DNA of 64,000 nt from Omnitrophica WOR_2 bacterium RIFCSPHIGHO2_02_FULL_50_17 (GTDB lineage Bacteria > Omnitrophota > Gorgyraeia > Zapsychrales > Zapsychraceae). A program made the translations under genes and the position numbers. The stretch lies in assembly GCA_001805645.1 (NCBI GenBank), contig MHGQ01000049.1, forward strand, positions 66,216-130,215, in the 5' to 3' direction. The notes under the pieces are model-generated. The model worked only from the letters and a program-made list of their open reading frames with translations, had not been told where the DNA came from and searched no databases. Numbering within the stretch: the stretch's first letter is position 1; every line of letters starts with the position of its first letter. This document shows, one piece after another, positions 1 to 9,007 of this stretch.

Positions 1-679
1 CGCGAAATACCATGTCATACATGAGCCTTAATTCCTTTTTCTTGTTGGGGATATTCTGAATCTGGTGTTTGGCAACTTCCGAGGCTGTCCTTGAAAAACC
101 CGTAAAATACAACAAGAGGTGATCCTGCAGACGGCGCAGCCTCTCCTCGGGGATCGTCACCATTCTTACCTGAAGATGGTTCTTCCCGCCGAACTCAATC
201 AGATTAAATCCGCCGTAAGCCGCCAGGGTCTGGTCTTGACAGCCCACATTATCGAGGCACTTTTCCTGCTCGACAAAAATGGCCTCCCTGGCCAGCCGCT
301 CCTTGGTGGGCATAACCCCTTTGAGCGCATAGAGGGCGTTTAAGAGCCCCACCGTAAACGAGGAGCTTGAGCCAAGACCTGTCCTGGCGGGGAGATCCCC
401 GTCATGATGGATTTCCACCCCCTGCCTGATCCTCAAAAACTTCAAGACCTCCCGCACCGCCGGATGGTCAATCTCGCTTACCTTTTTGACATGCTCCATC
501 TTGGAATAAATAATCCTGGATTTGTGGTCAAAAAAGGGCGGCAGATACCGGCAGCTGATATAGCAATATTTGTTAATAGTCGTGGCTAGAACCGCCCCCT
601 GATGCCCTTCAAACCATCCGGGATAATCGGTCCCCCCGCCGAAGAAAGAAACACGAAAAGGTGTGCGGCTTATAATCAT
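1..679 (-). CDS. GHMP-family sugar kinase (heptose-7-phosphate kinase / fucokinase-like), partial; the 3' end lies beyond the window start
   Basis: I translated the minus strand from the ATG at 679-677: MIISRTPFRVSFFGGGTDYPGWFEGHQGAVLATTINKYCY...PARTGLGSSSSFTVGLLNALY. This carries the GHMP kinase ATP-binding motif P-x-G-x-G-L-G-S-S. There is no stop within the window, so the ORF track does not list it. Its ATG overlaps the stop of the upstream radical SAM gene (ATGA). Confidence 0.7.
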   Translation of the reverse strand, partial: MIISRTPFRVSFFGGGTDYPGWFEGHQGAVLATTINKYCYISCRYLPPFFDHKSRIIYSKMEHVKKVSEIDHPAVREVLKFLRIRQGVEIHHDGDLPARTGLGSSSSFTVGLLNALYALKGVMPTKERLAREAIFVEQEKCLDNVGCQDQTLAAYGGFNLIEFGGKNHLQVRMVTIPEERLRRLQDHLLLYFTGFSRTASEVAKHQIQNIPNKKKELRLMYDMVFR

Positions 680-2187
680 AAGACAGAGGCCTCCTCCAAA
701 ATTTTACGCTTGAGTTGAATTTGGGTAGACCTCAATGTTTCATCAACAGCTGTCTGCCCGAATTTTTGTTTCAATAAATTCAAAAATTGCGGATGCGTAT
801 GATACGTCATCCACGCCTTATCCCGGAAGGCCAAGACCTGATCGGCGGTTAAGTACCTCGTCGGCAAAGGCTGCGTATAATAGGAATGCTGAGAATATCC
901 GGCATAACAATCCGGAAGCCTCCAGCCCTTTTTCTTCGCCTCGCCGTAAAGGGGGCTCCCCGGATAGGCCATGGCTGAATAAAAATTGACCTCCTCGGTA
1001 TTCAATTCCAGAGCCAGATCGAGAGTCATCTGCATCGTTGCCATCGTATCCTCGGGAAGGCCGAAGATATAATTGGCAATCACACAAATATCATGGTCCC
1101 GAATCTTTTTAACGACAGCCCTGATATCCACGTCTTCAAAACGCCCCTTCGTGACGTCTTGGCGCACCTTGGTATTTCCGCTCTCAATGCCTAAAGCAAG
1201 CCACTTGACGCCCGCCCTTTTAAGCGTCTCAAGAAAATGCTCCTTGACTGTATCCACGCGGGAATAGCACCAGATGTTAAAATTAAACCCTCGCTCAATA
1301 ATCAATTCACACAACCGCATAAAATGATTCGTATTTAAGACAAACAACTCGTCGGCAATCTTAATGTTTTTGATTCCCTTCTTGGCAAACCCATCGAACT
1401 CTTCGATAATAAAATCAGGATCCCAATAACGAAATATAGCGCTGCCGTCGGCGTATTCGTTTTCCTGACGGTTAATAATGTTGATCATACAGAAAGAGCA
1501 CCGCATCGGACACCCCAAACTGGTATAAAGCGCGGCAAAGGGCTGCCTCTGGCAATTATTGGGATACGAATGCCACAAAGAGGTCCGGTACCTCTCTAAG
1601 GGAAGTTTATCCCACGCCACCCCGGGCAGTTCCTGCGGTAAATCCCACCTAGACACGATGGGAGACGGCTTGTTTAAAATAATCTCCCCGTCCTGACGAT
1701 ACCCCAAACCGTCCACCTGCTCAAGCTTGTCCTCTAAATTGGTTCTTAAGAGGTTGGAGATGGTGTAAACCCCCTCGTTCTGGCAAACCATATCCACGCA
1801 AGGGTGTTTCTCCAAAACTTCCCGCGGCAGGGCCGCCACATGCCCACCGACGAATAATGTCTTCCCTTGAGGCCATACCTCTTTGAGGGTCCCTGCTAAC
1901 GCAACCGCCCCATCCATATTCTGGGAGCTCGCCGACGGCTGCTGGCCGTAGACCACAAAACACGCCGCCCTCGGATTTAATTCTTGTATCCTGTAAGCCG
2001 CCTCTTGGTCGCTGAGACGCAAAGCCGCGCAATCCAGGATTTCCGCGCTGAAACCTTTATGCAGGCAGTGGGAGGCCAGCATTCCGGCCCATATCGGCGG
2101 CTCAACGGCAGAAAAATCTTTACTGAGATCCTGATAATTCTTCTTTGCGGAATCAGAATGGATAAAAAGAATGTCTAATTGGCTCAT
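676..2187 (-). CDS. B12 (cobalamin)-binding radical SAM protein
   Basis: The N-terminal cobalamin-binding-like domain reads ILFIHSD...PPIWAGMLASHC. The radical SAM cysteine triad CPMRCSFC fits CxxxCxxC. Length is 503 aa. Confidence 0.8.
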   Translation of the reverse strand: MSQLDILFIHSDSAKKNYQDLSKDFSAVEPPIWAGMLASHCLHKGFSAEILDCAALRLSDQEAAYRIQELNPRAACFVVYGQQPSASSQNMDGAVALAGTLKEVWPQGKTLFVGGHVAALPREVLEKHPCVDMVCQNEGVYTISNLLRTNLEDKLEQVDGLGYRQDGEIILNKPSPIVSRWDLPQELPGVAWDKLPLERYRTSLWHSYPNNCQRQPFAALYTSLGCPMRCSFCMINIINRQENEYADGSAIFRYWDPDFIIEEFDGFAKKGIKNIKIADELFVLNTNHFMRLCELIIERGFNFNIWCYSRVDTVKEHFLETLKRAGVKWLALGIESGNTKVRQDVTKGRFEDVDIRAVVKKIRDHDICVIANYIFGLPEDTMATMQMTLDLALELNTEEVNFYSAMAYPGSPLYGEAKKKGWRLPDCYAGYSQHSYYTQPLPTRYLTADQVLAFRDKAWMTYHTHPQFLNLLKQKFGQTAVDETLRSTQIQLKRKILEEASVL

Positions 2188-2191
2188 GGCA

Positions 2192-3148
2192 TCAAACGTT
2201 CGTCAAGTGACTGGACATGGATCGGTTCGCGTTAATAACGGTAAACCCTTTAATTAATTCCTGGATACCCGCGGAAAGAGATACTTGCGGATGGAACCCC
2301 GTCTTTTCGATTTTTTCATTGCTGACAATATAATCCCTCTTATCGGGGTCTTTCCCCGTTTTGGATTCCGTAAATTTAAAATCGGGGACGTGTTTTTTGA
2401 TCGCCTCGCACAGTTCCAGTTTGCTCAAATTGGCGTCGCTTAGGCCGACATTGTACGCCTGATCCTTAACCTTGTCGAAATTCTTGAGCATATGCAAAAA
2501 GGCGTGCGCGACATCCCGGACATGGATAAAGTTACGCTTAAAATGGGGCTCAAAGAGTTCGACGTAACCTTCCTTCACGGCCCGGAAGGTAAAGTCATTC
2601 ACCAGAAGATCGAGGCGCATCCGCGGGGATATGCCAAAGGCCGTGGCGAGGCGCAGCGTCACGCCGTTTCCAGCGCTCAAGACTGCTTCTTCAGTATGGA
2701 CTTTCAACCGGCCATATAAAGAAATCGGTCTCAAAGGCGTTTCCTCCGTGCAGAATTTTCCCTTTTCCCCTACACCGTAACCGCTGTTCGTCGTCGGGTA
2801 AATGATCATCTGGCTTTTGCTGCGCAGTTTTAAGATCAGTTTCAACGCGTCCAAAATGATTTCCTGCGCCTCTTGCGGCTTCTTGTCACACAAAGGCGCC
2901 CCGGTCAAACACGCCAATGGGAAAATGGCGTCAGATTTCCTGATGAGTTCACCCATCAATTTTTCATCGCGCGCGTCGCCACGGATGATGGTCAGCCCCG
3001 GATAATGACAGCAATCCAAAAGCGAGGTCTGGCCGTACATAAAATTATCCACGACTGTGACCTGATGCCCCGCCGCCAAAAGCTGCGGGACCATAACCGA
3101 ACCGAGATATCCTGCCCCGCCTGTGACTAATATATTCATAGCACACAC
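2192..3148 (-). CDS. NAD-dependent epimerase/dehydratase (extended SDR) family protein
   Basis: Rossmann motif NILVTGGAGYLGS and catalytic YGRLK (YxxxK). The likely true start is MNILV, a few codons inside the track ORF. Confidence 0.75.
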   Translation of the reverse strand: MCAMNILVTGGAGYLGSVMVPQLLAAGHQVTVVDNFMYGQTSLLDCCHYPGLTIIRGDARDEKLMGELIRKSDAIFPLACLTGAPLCDKKPQEAQEIILDALKLILKLRSKSQMIIYPTTNSGYGVGEKGKFCTEETPLRPISLYGRLKVHTEEAVLSAGNGVTLRLATAFGISPRMRLDLLVNDFTFRAVKEGYVELFEPHFKRNFIHVRDVAHAFLHMLKNFDKVKDQAYNVGLSDANLSKLELCEAIKKHVPDFKFTESKTGKDPDKRDYIVSNEKIEKTGFHPQVSLSAGIQELIKGFTVINANRSMSSHLTNV

Positions 3149-3153
3149 TCCCT

Positions 3154-4143
3154 CTAATCCTTTATCCCTTTGATCCTTTCCTCCTCTAATCCTTTATCTC
3201 TATTTTTATGCCACTCATACGTCCTGCGGATCCCCTCTTCCAGGGATACCTTCGACTGCCACCCCAACTGCCTGATATCGCTGTTGTCCAACAGTTTCTG
3301 CAGAGTCCCGTCGGGCTTGGACTCATCAAAGACAACCTCTCCCTGGAAACCTGAGACCCGTTGAATCATCTGCGCTAACTCTTGAATAGTTAAATCGCTC
3401 CCGTAACCCATATGAATCACCTTCTCTCCCTCGTAGCGATCCATCAAAAGATGGCACCCTTGCGCAAAGTCATCCGTATAGAGAAATTCCCGTCTGGGCC
3501 GGCCCGTGCCCCAGACGACAACCTGCTTTTGATTATTCTTAACCGCCTCGCAAAATTTATAGATTAAAGCGCCCATCACATGCGCCGTTTCCAAGCAAAC
3601 ATCGCTTCCAGGGCCGAAAAGGGTCGGAGGAATAGCGACAATGGCATTAAGCCCGTATTGCCTGCGGTAGGCCTGGCAGAGTTTAATGCCGGCGATCTTG
3701 GCAACGGCATACGGTTCGCTTGTTTTTTCCAGGTCCCCTGTCAGCAGGTATTCCTCTCGAATAGGCTGAGGACAGTTTTTGGGATAAACACAGGAACTCG
3801 CCAAAAAGAGCAGCTTTTTCACGCCAAATTTATGCGCCGCATAGATAACATTGTTCTGGCTCTCCAGATTATGATAAATAAACTCCCCCGCCTGCCTTTG
3901 ATTGGCCTCAATGCCGCCGGAGCGCGTCGAGGCCAGAAACACATATTCCGGCCGGTATTTAGAGAAACATTCGTAAACGGACGGCTGTATCGTTGTGTTG
4001 AGGGCTATCGCCGACGAAGAAACAACATTTTTGAAACCATAGGATTGAAAATGCCCCGTTAACGTCTGCTCGAGGATGTCGTTATGTCCGACAATGAGAA
4101 TTTTCGCATTTTTATCCATAACGTAAATCGCGTAGGGGCGCAT
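3154..4143 (-). CDS. fcl: GDP-L-fucose synthase-like (Fcl/WcaG family) 3,5-epimerase/4-reductase
   Basis: KILIVGHNDIL..., LLFLASSCVYPK and AIPPTLFGP are typical Fcl motifs. The probable start is MDKNAKIL. Confidence 0.7.
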   Translation of the reverse strand: MRPYAIYVMDKNAKILIVGHNDILEQTLTGHFQSYGFKNVVSSSAIALNTTIQPSVYECFSKYRPEYVFLASTRSGGIEANQRQAGEFIYHNLESQNNVIYAAHKFGVKKLLFLASSCVYPKNCPQPIREEYLLTGDLEKTSEPYAVAKIAGIKLCQAYRRQYGLNAIVAIPPTLFGPGSDVCLETAHVMGALIYKFCEAVKNNQKQVVVWGTGRPRREFLYTDDFAQGCHLLMDRYEGEKVIHMGYGSDLTIQELAQMIQRVSGFQGEVVFDESKPDGTLQKLLDNSDIRQLGWQSKVSLEEGIRRTYEWHKNRDKGLEEERIKGIKD

Positions 4144-4160
4144 TGCTCCGACATTCGCTC

Positions 4161-4206
4161 TGCTCAGTCGGAGTCCCGACCGACGAAGTCGGAGTGTCGG
4201 GACAAT
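4161..4206. repeat. REP-like cluster of overlapping inverted repeats built on GTCGGAGTCCCGAC / GTCGGGAC
   Basis: Arms gtcccgac (4173-4180) and gtcgggac (4196-4203), plus gtcgg/ccgac pairs. It lies in the 74-bp gap between the transketolase-C stop and the fcl start. The same motif in reverse orientation recurs at 21881-21902. Confidence 0.5.
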
Positions 4207-4217
4207 ACGCCCCTACA

Positions 4218-4754
4218 TTATTTTTCGTTATACAAATTCCCATGTTCAATCAGAAGGGTGGCCCTGGCCTCTTCGCGTTCCAGGGCATGTTTGTACGCCG
4301 GGAAGATTTCATCCGGCTCATTGAGTTCAACGACCTCAATCCAGGAAAACATGCGCCGGAAAGCCTCGGCGTAATTGCCTACGTGCTGATGCCCGGGATG
4401 GACAGGCGCATCCGGCCCTGAGGCCGCGCGGATAATGACCTTAGGCAGAACTCGGTTGGAACTGATGGCCGGCATTTTATCCAGCATATTCACCATATCC
4501 GCCGTTGCCAATAAAAGAAAATTCTGCCGAGGGTACACAGATATGGGGATATATCCCGCCAGGGCCAGGCCTAAGGTAAACTGCATCTGAAAGCTTTCGT
4601 TGACAGGCATCTCAACTCTTTTATCGGGGGAGACGTCCTGAAGGGTGGAATACATAAATGTCCCAGGCCCTGCTACGGTCTGGCCGATAAAAATCGTTTT
4701 AGGGTGCTGGGCAACCCATTCCATCGTTCGTTTAATTTCGTCAAAGTATCGCAT
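4218..4754 (-). CDS. Transketolase-like C-terminal subunit (split ThDP enzyme)
   Basis: 178 aa with pyrimidine-binding / C-terminal-half transketolase-like sequence (FIGQTVAGPG..., LLLATADMV). It is adjacent to the N-terminal-subunit gene, as in sugar-cluster split transketolases. Confidence 0.6.
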   Translation of the reverse strand: MRYFDEIKRTMEWVAQHPKTIFIGQTVAGPGTFMYSTLQDVSPDKRVEMPVNESFQMQFTLGLALAGYIPISVYPRQNFLLLATADMVNMLDKMPAISSNRVLPKVIIRAASGPDAPVHPGHQHVGNYAEAFRRMFSWIEVVELNEPDEIFPAYKHALEREEARATLLIEHGNLYNEK

Positions 4755-4775
4755 CGTTTAAGACCATGGTCCCCA

Positions 4776-5408
4776 TCAAAATTTAATTTTCCACCCCAGC
4801 CCCGAGTGAGGATAATTGTTCTTATACCGGAAATAAATAATCTTCTTCTCATATTTTGTCCCGAGAAACCACGGTTCCGGGGAGCCCCAGACCTTCCGCG
4901 TCTCGGTCATCACGCTCAATCCGTTATCGCAGACCACAAACACGACCGGCAGGTCGAAAGAAACGGCGTATTTGACCGCCTCGTGAAAAATTCCGGTCTC
5001 AGAAGACATATCTCCGCAGAAGATATAAACCCGGCCCCTTTGGTTCTGCCTTTGGAGCGCCCAGGCCACACCCACGGCGGTCCCCATGAGACTCCCGACG
5101 ATGCCGGTGCAGAAAATCTTGTATTCCGGAAAACATAAGGAGATACTCTTTCCATCCAAGATAGCCTGCTTGACCTCTTCCCGGGGCACACCCTTGAGAA
5201 GCGCCAGCTCGTGGGAATCCCAATGCCCAAAGACATAATCTTCAGAGGCGATACTGTTGTCTTTGAAGATTTGGATCAGTTGCTCCTCCCTGCCGGAGCG
5301 CAAGTGCACCGGAGCTTTGATGACTCCCGTCGCATAAATCTCAGCGATTTCCTTCTCAAAATCGCAGAGATCTTCTTTAGTTATCTCGCGATATTTTGTT
5401 TGAACCAT
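4776..5408 (-). CDS. Transketolase-like N-terminal (ThDP-binding) subunit
   Basis: HLRSGREEQ..., GHWDSHE... and the GDMSSETG ThDP-binding GDG-like motif. Confidence 0.65.
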   Translation of the reverse strand: MVQTKYREITKEDLCDFEKEIAEIYATGVIKAPVHLRSGREEQLIQIFKDNSIASEDYVFGHWDSHELALLKGVPREEVKQAILDGKSISLCFPEYKIFCTGIVGSLMGTAVGVAWALQRQNQRGRVYIFCGDMSSETGIFHEAVKYAVSFDLPVVFVVCDNGLSVMTETRKVWGSPEPWFLGTKYEKKIIYFRYKNNYPHSGLGWKIKF

Positions 5409-6334
5409 CGGATCGTTTCCTGAAGGCCATCCTCTAATTTAACCTGCGGGGACCATTTCAAATATTTCTTGGCAAAGGTGATATCGGGCCTGCGCTGCTT
5501 CGGGTCATCCACCGGTAGCGGCTTAAAAATAATCTTGCTCTTTGCATGGGAGACATCCATAACCAGCCTGGCGAATTCCAGAATCGTGAATTCATCCGGG
5601 TTGCCTATATTAACCGGCATCGTGACATTCGACCTCAAAAGACGAATAATTCCCTCGATAAGATCGGAGTAATAACAAAACGACCTGGTCTGCGCACCGC
5701 GGCCATAGACCGTCAGGGGCTTATTGTGAATAGCCTGATAGATAAAATTCGGCACGACCCGGCCGTCCTGGATGCGCATCCGCGGGCCATAGGTGTTAAA
5801 GATGCGCACAATCCGCGTATCAATTTTATGATAGCGGTGATACGCCATGGTGATGGCCTCAGCAAACCGTTTGGCCTCATCATAAACACCCCGCGGCCCA
5901 ATGGGATTCACGTGCCCCCAATAGGATTCCTTCTGGGGATGCTCTTCGGGGTCCCCGTAGACCTCAGAGGTCGAGGCCAACAGATACCTCGCCTTCTTCA
6001 GCTTGGCCAGACCGAGCGTAATGTGACTCCCCAGCGCCCCCACTTTAAGGGTAGGGATAGGATAATTCAGATAATCCACAGGGCTTGCCGGAGAGGCAAA
6101 ATGAAGGACATAATGCACATGCCCTCCCAGACGAAATTCTTTGGAGATATCGTGCTTAATAAACTCAAAATTTTTATCCTTCCAGAGATGCCGGACATTA
6201 TCCAAGTTTCCTGTAATGAGGTTATCCACGCAAAAGACCTTTAAGCCATCCTGGATAAACCGGTCACAGAGGTGGCTTCCCAAAAAGCCGGCCCCGCCGG
6301 TGATGACAATTCTTTTCTTCTTATCGGACAACAC
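5381..6334 (-). CDS. uxs: UDP-glucuronate decarboxylase (UDP-xylose synthase)
   Basis: [15 protein letters not shown] and [13 protein letters not shown]...DGRVVPNFI...[14 protein letters not shown] are UXS signatures. Confidence 0.8.
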   Translation of the reverse strand: MLSDKKKRIVITGGAGFLGSHLCDRFIQDGLKVFCVDNLITGNLDNVRHLWKDKNFEFIKHDISKEFRLGGHVHYVLHFASPASPVDYLNYPIPTLKVGALGSHITLGLAKLKKARYLLASTSEVYGDPEEHPQKESYWGHVNPIGPRGVYDEAKRFAEAITMAYHRYHKIDTRIVRIFNTYGPRMRIQDGRVVPNFIYQAIHNKPLTVYGRGAQTRSFCYYSDLIEGIIRLLRSNVTMPVNIGNPDEFTILEFARLVMDVSHAKSKIIFKPLPVDDPKQRRPDITFAKKYLKWSPQVKLEDGLQETIRWFKQNIAR

Positions 6335-6350
6335 CCTCTCCTTCTATGCG

Positions 6351-7652
6351 TTAGAACTTAACAACCTTGTTGCTCCTTACGCCTGCGTAGACATTGCGGA
6401 TATCATAAATCAGACGACCATGCTTTAATATGTCTTTATAATCAACCCGAGTATGGTCTGTGGCAATAATGATGCAATCGTAACGGGACAATAGAGTCTC
6501 CGACAGCTTAATAGAGCTCAAGCGAATTCCCCCGATATCCAAATAAGGGATAATGGGGTCATAATACTCCACCCGGGCGCCCTTGCCTTGCAGGATTTCA
6601 ATCAGTTTAAGCGGAGGCGATTTGCGCAGGTCCTTGACGTCTTTTTTATAGGTAACCCCTACGATTAACAGCCTTGCCCCTGAAAGGCGTTTTTTCTTTT
6701 TCCCCAGAATACCGGCCAGACAATCCGCAACGTAACGAGGCATATTGGAATTGATATCCGCTGAGAGTTTAATAAATTTCGAGCTAAAGCCGTGATGCTT
6801 CGCCTTCCAATAAAGATAGAGCGGATCATCCGGAATACAGTGCCCCCCCACCCCAAGACCGGGATAAAACGGCATAAAACCAAACGGCTTGGTCTTGGCG
6901 GCCTCGATGATTTCCCAGACGTCAATCCCTAATTTGTGGCACATCATGGCCACCTCATTAACCCAGCCGATGTTGATGATCCGAAACGTGTTCTCGAGAA
7001 GTTTCGTCATCTCCGCGGCCCTGGCCGAAGAAACCAGATGCACCTGCCGGATAATCTTCTGATACAATAATTGGGTCAACTCCCCGCTTGCCGCCGAAAG
7101 TCCACCGACAATCTTAGGAATTCGCGTCACGTCATACTTGGGATTGCCGGGGTCAATCCGTTCCGGAGAAAAGGCCAGAAAGAAATCCTTCTCGGCCTTA
7201 AGACCGCTTTTCTCCAACTCGGGCTTGATCAGCTCTTCGGTCGTGCCGGGATAAGTGGTGCTTTCCAAGACAATCAGCATATTTTTCTTTAAAAATCGGC
7301 GGATCGTCCTGACGGCACTGACGATATAGGTAATATCGGGCGTATACTTGCGCTTAAGAGGCGTTGGGACACAAATGATAATAACATCCGCCGTTTTTAA
7401 CACCTCAAATTCCGTCTCCGCCCGTAAACGGCCGTTGCCAACCACCTCGGCCAGTTCTTTACTTGGGATATCCAGGATATAGCTGACCTTCTTATTGACA
7501 TTGGCGACACGGTCGGTATCTTTGTCGAGGCCGAAGACCTGAAATCCCTTCTTGGCAAAATTGACCGCCAAAGGAAGCCCCACATACCCCAATCCGATAA
7601 CGGCAATTCTGGCCTTGCCGGCCGCAATCTTTCTATTAAGGAAATTTGTCAT
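6351..7652 (-). CDS. Nucleotide-sugar dehydrogenase (UDP-ManNAc / UDP-GlcNAc 6-dehydrogenase WecC/TviB family)
   Basis: N-terminal IAVIGLGYVGLPLAVNFA Rossmann fold and UDP-glucose/GDP-mannose dehydrogenase family architecture. Length is 433 aa. Confidence 0.75.
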   Translation of the reverse strand: MTNFLNRKIAAGKARIAVIGLGYVGLPLAVNFAKKGFQVFGLDKDTDRVANVNKKVSYILDIPSKELAEVVGNGRLRAETEFEVLKTADVIIICVPTPLKRKYTPDITYIVSAVRTIRRFLKKNMLIVLESTTYPGTTEELIKPELEKSGLKAEKDFFLAFSPERIDPGNPKYDVTRIPKIVGGLSAASGELTQLLYQKIIRQVHLVSSARAAEMTKLLENTFRIINIGWVNEVAMMCHKLGIDVWEIIEAAKTKPFGFMPFYPGLGVGGHCIPDDPLYLYWKAKHHGFSSKFIKLSADINSNMPRYVADCLAGILGKKKKRLSGARLLIVGVTYKKDVKDLRKSPPLKLIEILQGKGARVEYYDPIIPYLDIGGIRLSSIKLSETLLSRYDCIIIATDHTRVDYKDILKHGRLIYDIRNVYAGVRSNKVVKF

Positions 7653-7676
7653 TTCTCAATCCTCGATTCTCAATTT

Positions 7677-9005
7677 TTACTTTCGGATGTTGCCGCGCCC
7701 TATCCCATAATACTCGAACCCAAGCTCTTCGAGGCTGCGGTCATGATAAACGTTGCGGCCGTCAAAAAGGATTGGGTGCCGCATCAAACGCTTTATCTTC
7801 TTAAAATCCAATTTCTTAAATTCCTCCCATTCGGTCAAGACCAAAAGACAGTCGCATCCCTTAGCCAAGAGATACGGATTGGGACAATAGGTCACTTTCT
7901 TTAATATCTTTCTGGCATAGGGGACGGCCTGGGGGTCATAGGCCTTGATTCTGGCCCCTTCATGTTGAAGGGCATGGATAATATCAACGGCGGGGGCATT
8001 GCGCATATCGTCGGTGTTGGGTTTAAAGGCCAATCCCAAAACCCCCAGCGTCTTATCCTTCACAATCCACAATTTATCTTCAATAAGACGGACAAAAAGA
8101 TTCTTCTGCTCTTCATTAACCTGCCGCACCTCTTTCAGGAGATTAAAATGATAACCGCTCTTTTCACTGAGACGGATAAACGCATCCACATCTTTCGGGA
8201 AACAGCTCCCCCCGTAGCCGATGCCCGCATCGAGAAACCGGCGTCCGATGCGCTTGTCTAGGCCCATGCCGTCGGCGACTTTTAAAACATCGGCCCCCAC
8301 ATGATCGCAAATCTGGGCGATGGCGTTAATAAAAGAAATCTTGGCCGCCAGGAATGAATTGGAGGCGTGTTTAATCAATTCGGCGGAATGGATGTCTGTT
8401 ACCACTATATGGGGCTTAAGAGGTTCGTATATCTCCCGCAGGAGATTCTCGGCCTTCTTGGACTCTACCCCGATAACGACACGGTCCGGGTGCATAAAAT
8501 CATCAACCGCCGATCCCTCCCGCAGAAATTCCGGATTGGAGGCCACGTCAAAATCGAGCGTCACTTCACTCCCTCTCTTAAATCTCCCCGGCAGATTCAT
8601 GGTGATCGTGCGTTTAATACGCTGCCCAGTCTCCGCCGGCACCGTGGACTTTTCAACAATCAACTTGTAAGAATCCATGGCCAGCGCAATCTGGCGAGAG
8701 ACATTTTCTACATATGTCAAATCAGCCTCCCCGTTTTTCTTGGAAGGCGTCCCGACGGCGATAAAAATGACTGTTGACTTTTTTGTTGCCTCCTGGATGG
8801 AAGCGGAAAACGCCAGGTATCTGGTTTTAAGATACTTCTTGAGTAAATCCTCCAAATCAGGTTCATAAAAAGGCACTTTCCCCTGCTTTAATTTCTTGAT
8901 CTTTTCTCGGTTGTTGTCCACACAGATAACCCTGTGTCCCAAGTGCGCCAGGCACACCCCTGTCACCAGCCCCACATACCCCGATCCGATAACAGCGATA
9001 TTCAC
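7677..9005 (-). CDS. ugd: UDP-glucose 6-dehydrogenase
   Basis: MNIAVIGSGYVGLVTGVCLAHLGH, GGSCFPKD catalytic-Cys motif, 442 aa. Confidence 0.85.
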   Translation of the reverse strand: MNIAVIGSGYVGLVTGVCLAHLGHRVICVDNNREKIKKLKQGKVPFYEPDLEDLLKKYLKTRYLAFSASIQEATKKSTVIFIAVGTPSKKNGEADLTYVENVSRQIALAMDSYKLIVEKSTVPAETGQRIKRTITMNLPGRFKRGSEVTLDFDVASNPEFLREGSAVDDFMHPDRVVIGVESKKAENLLREIYEPLKPHIVVTDIHSAELIKHASNSFLAAKISFINAIAQICDHVGADVLKVADGMGLDKRIGRRFLDAGIGYGGSCFPKDVDAFIRLSEKSGYHFNLLKEVRQVNEEQKNLFVRLIEDKLWIVKDKTLGVLGLAFKPNTDDMRNAPAVDIIHALQHEGARIKAYDPQAVPYARKILKKVTYCPNPYLLAKGCDCLLVLTEWEEFKKLDFKKIKRLMRHPILFDGRNVYHDRSLEELGFEYYGIGRGNIRK

Positions 9006-9007
9006 GT

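Noticed and set aside
5546-6244. 232-aa plus-strand ORF antisense to the UXS gene
   Set aside because: This is a shadow ORF. The UXS motifs on the minus strand are strong.
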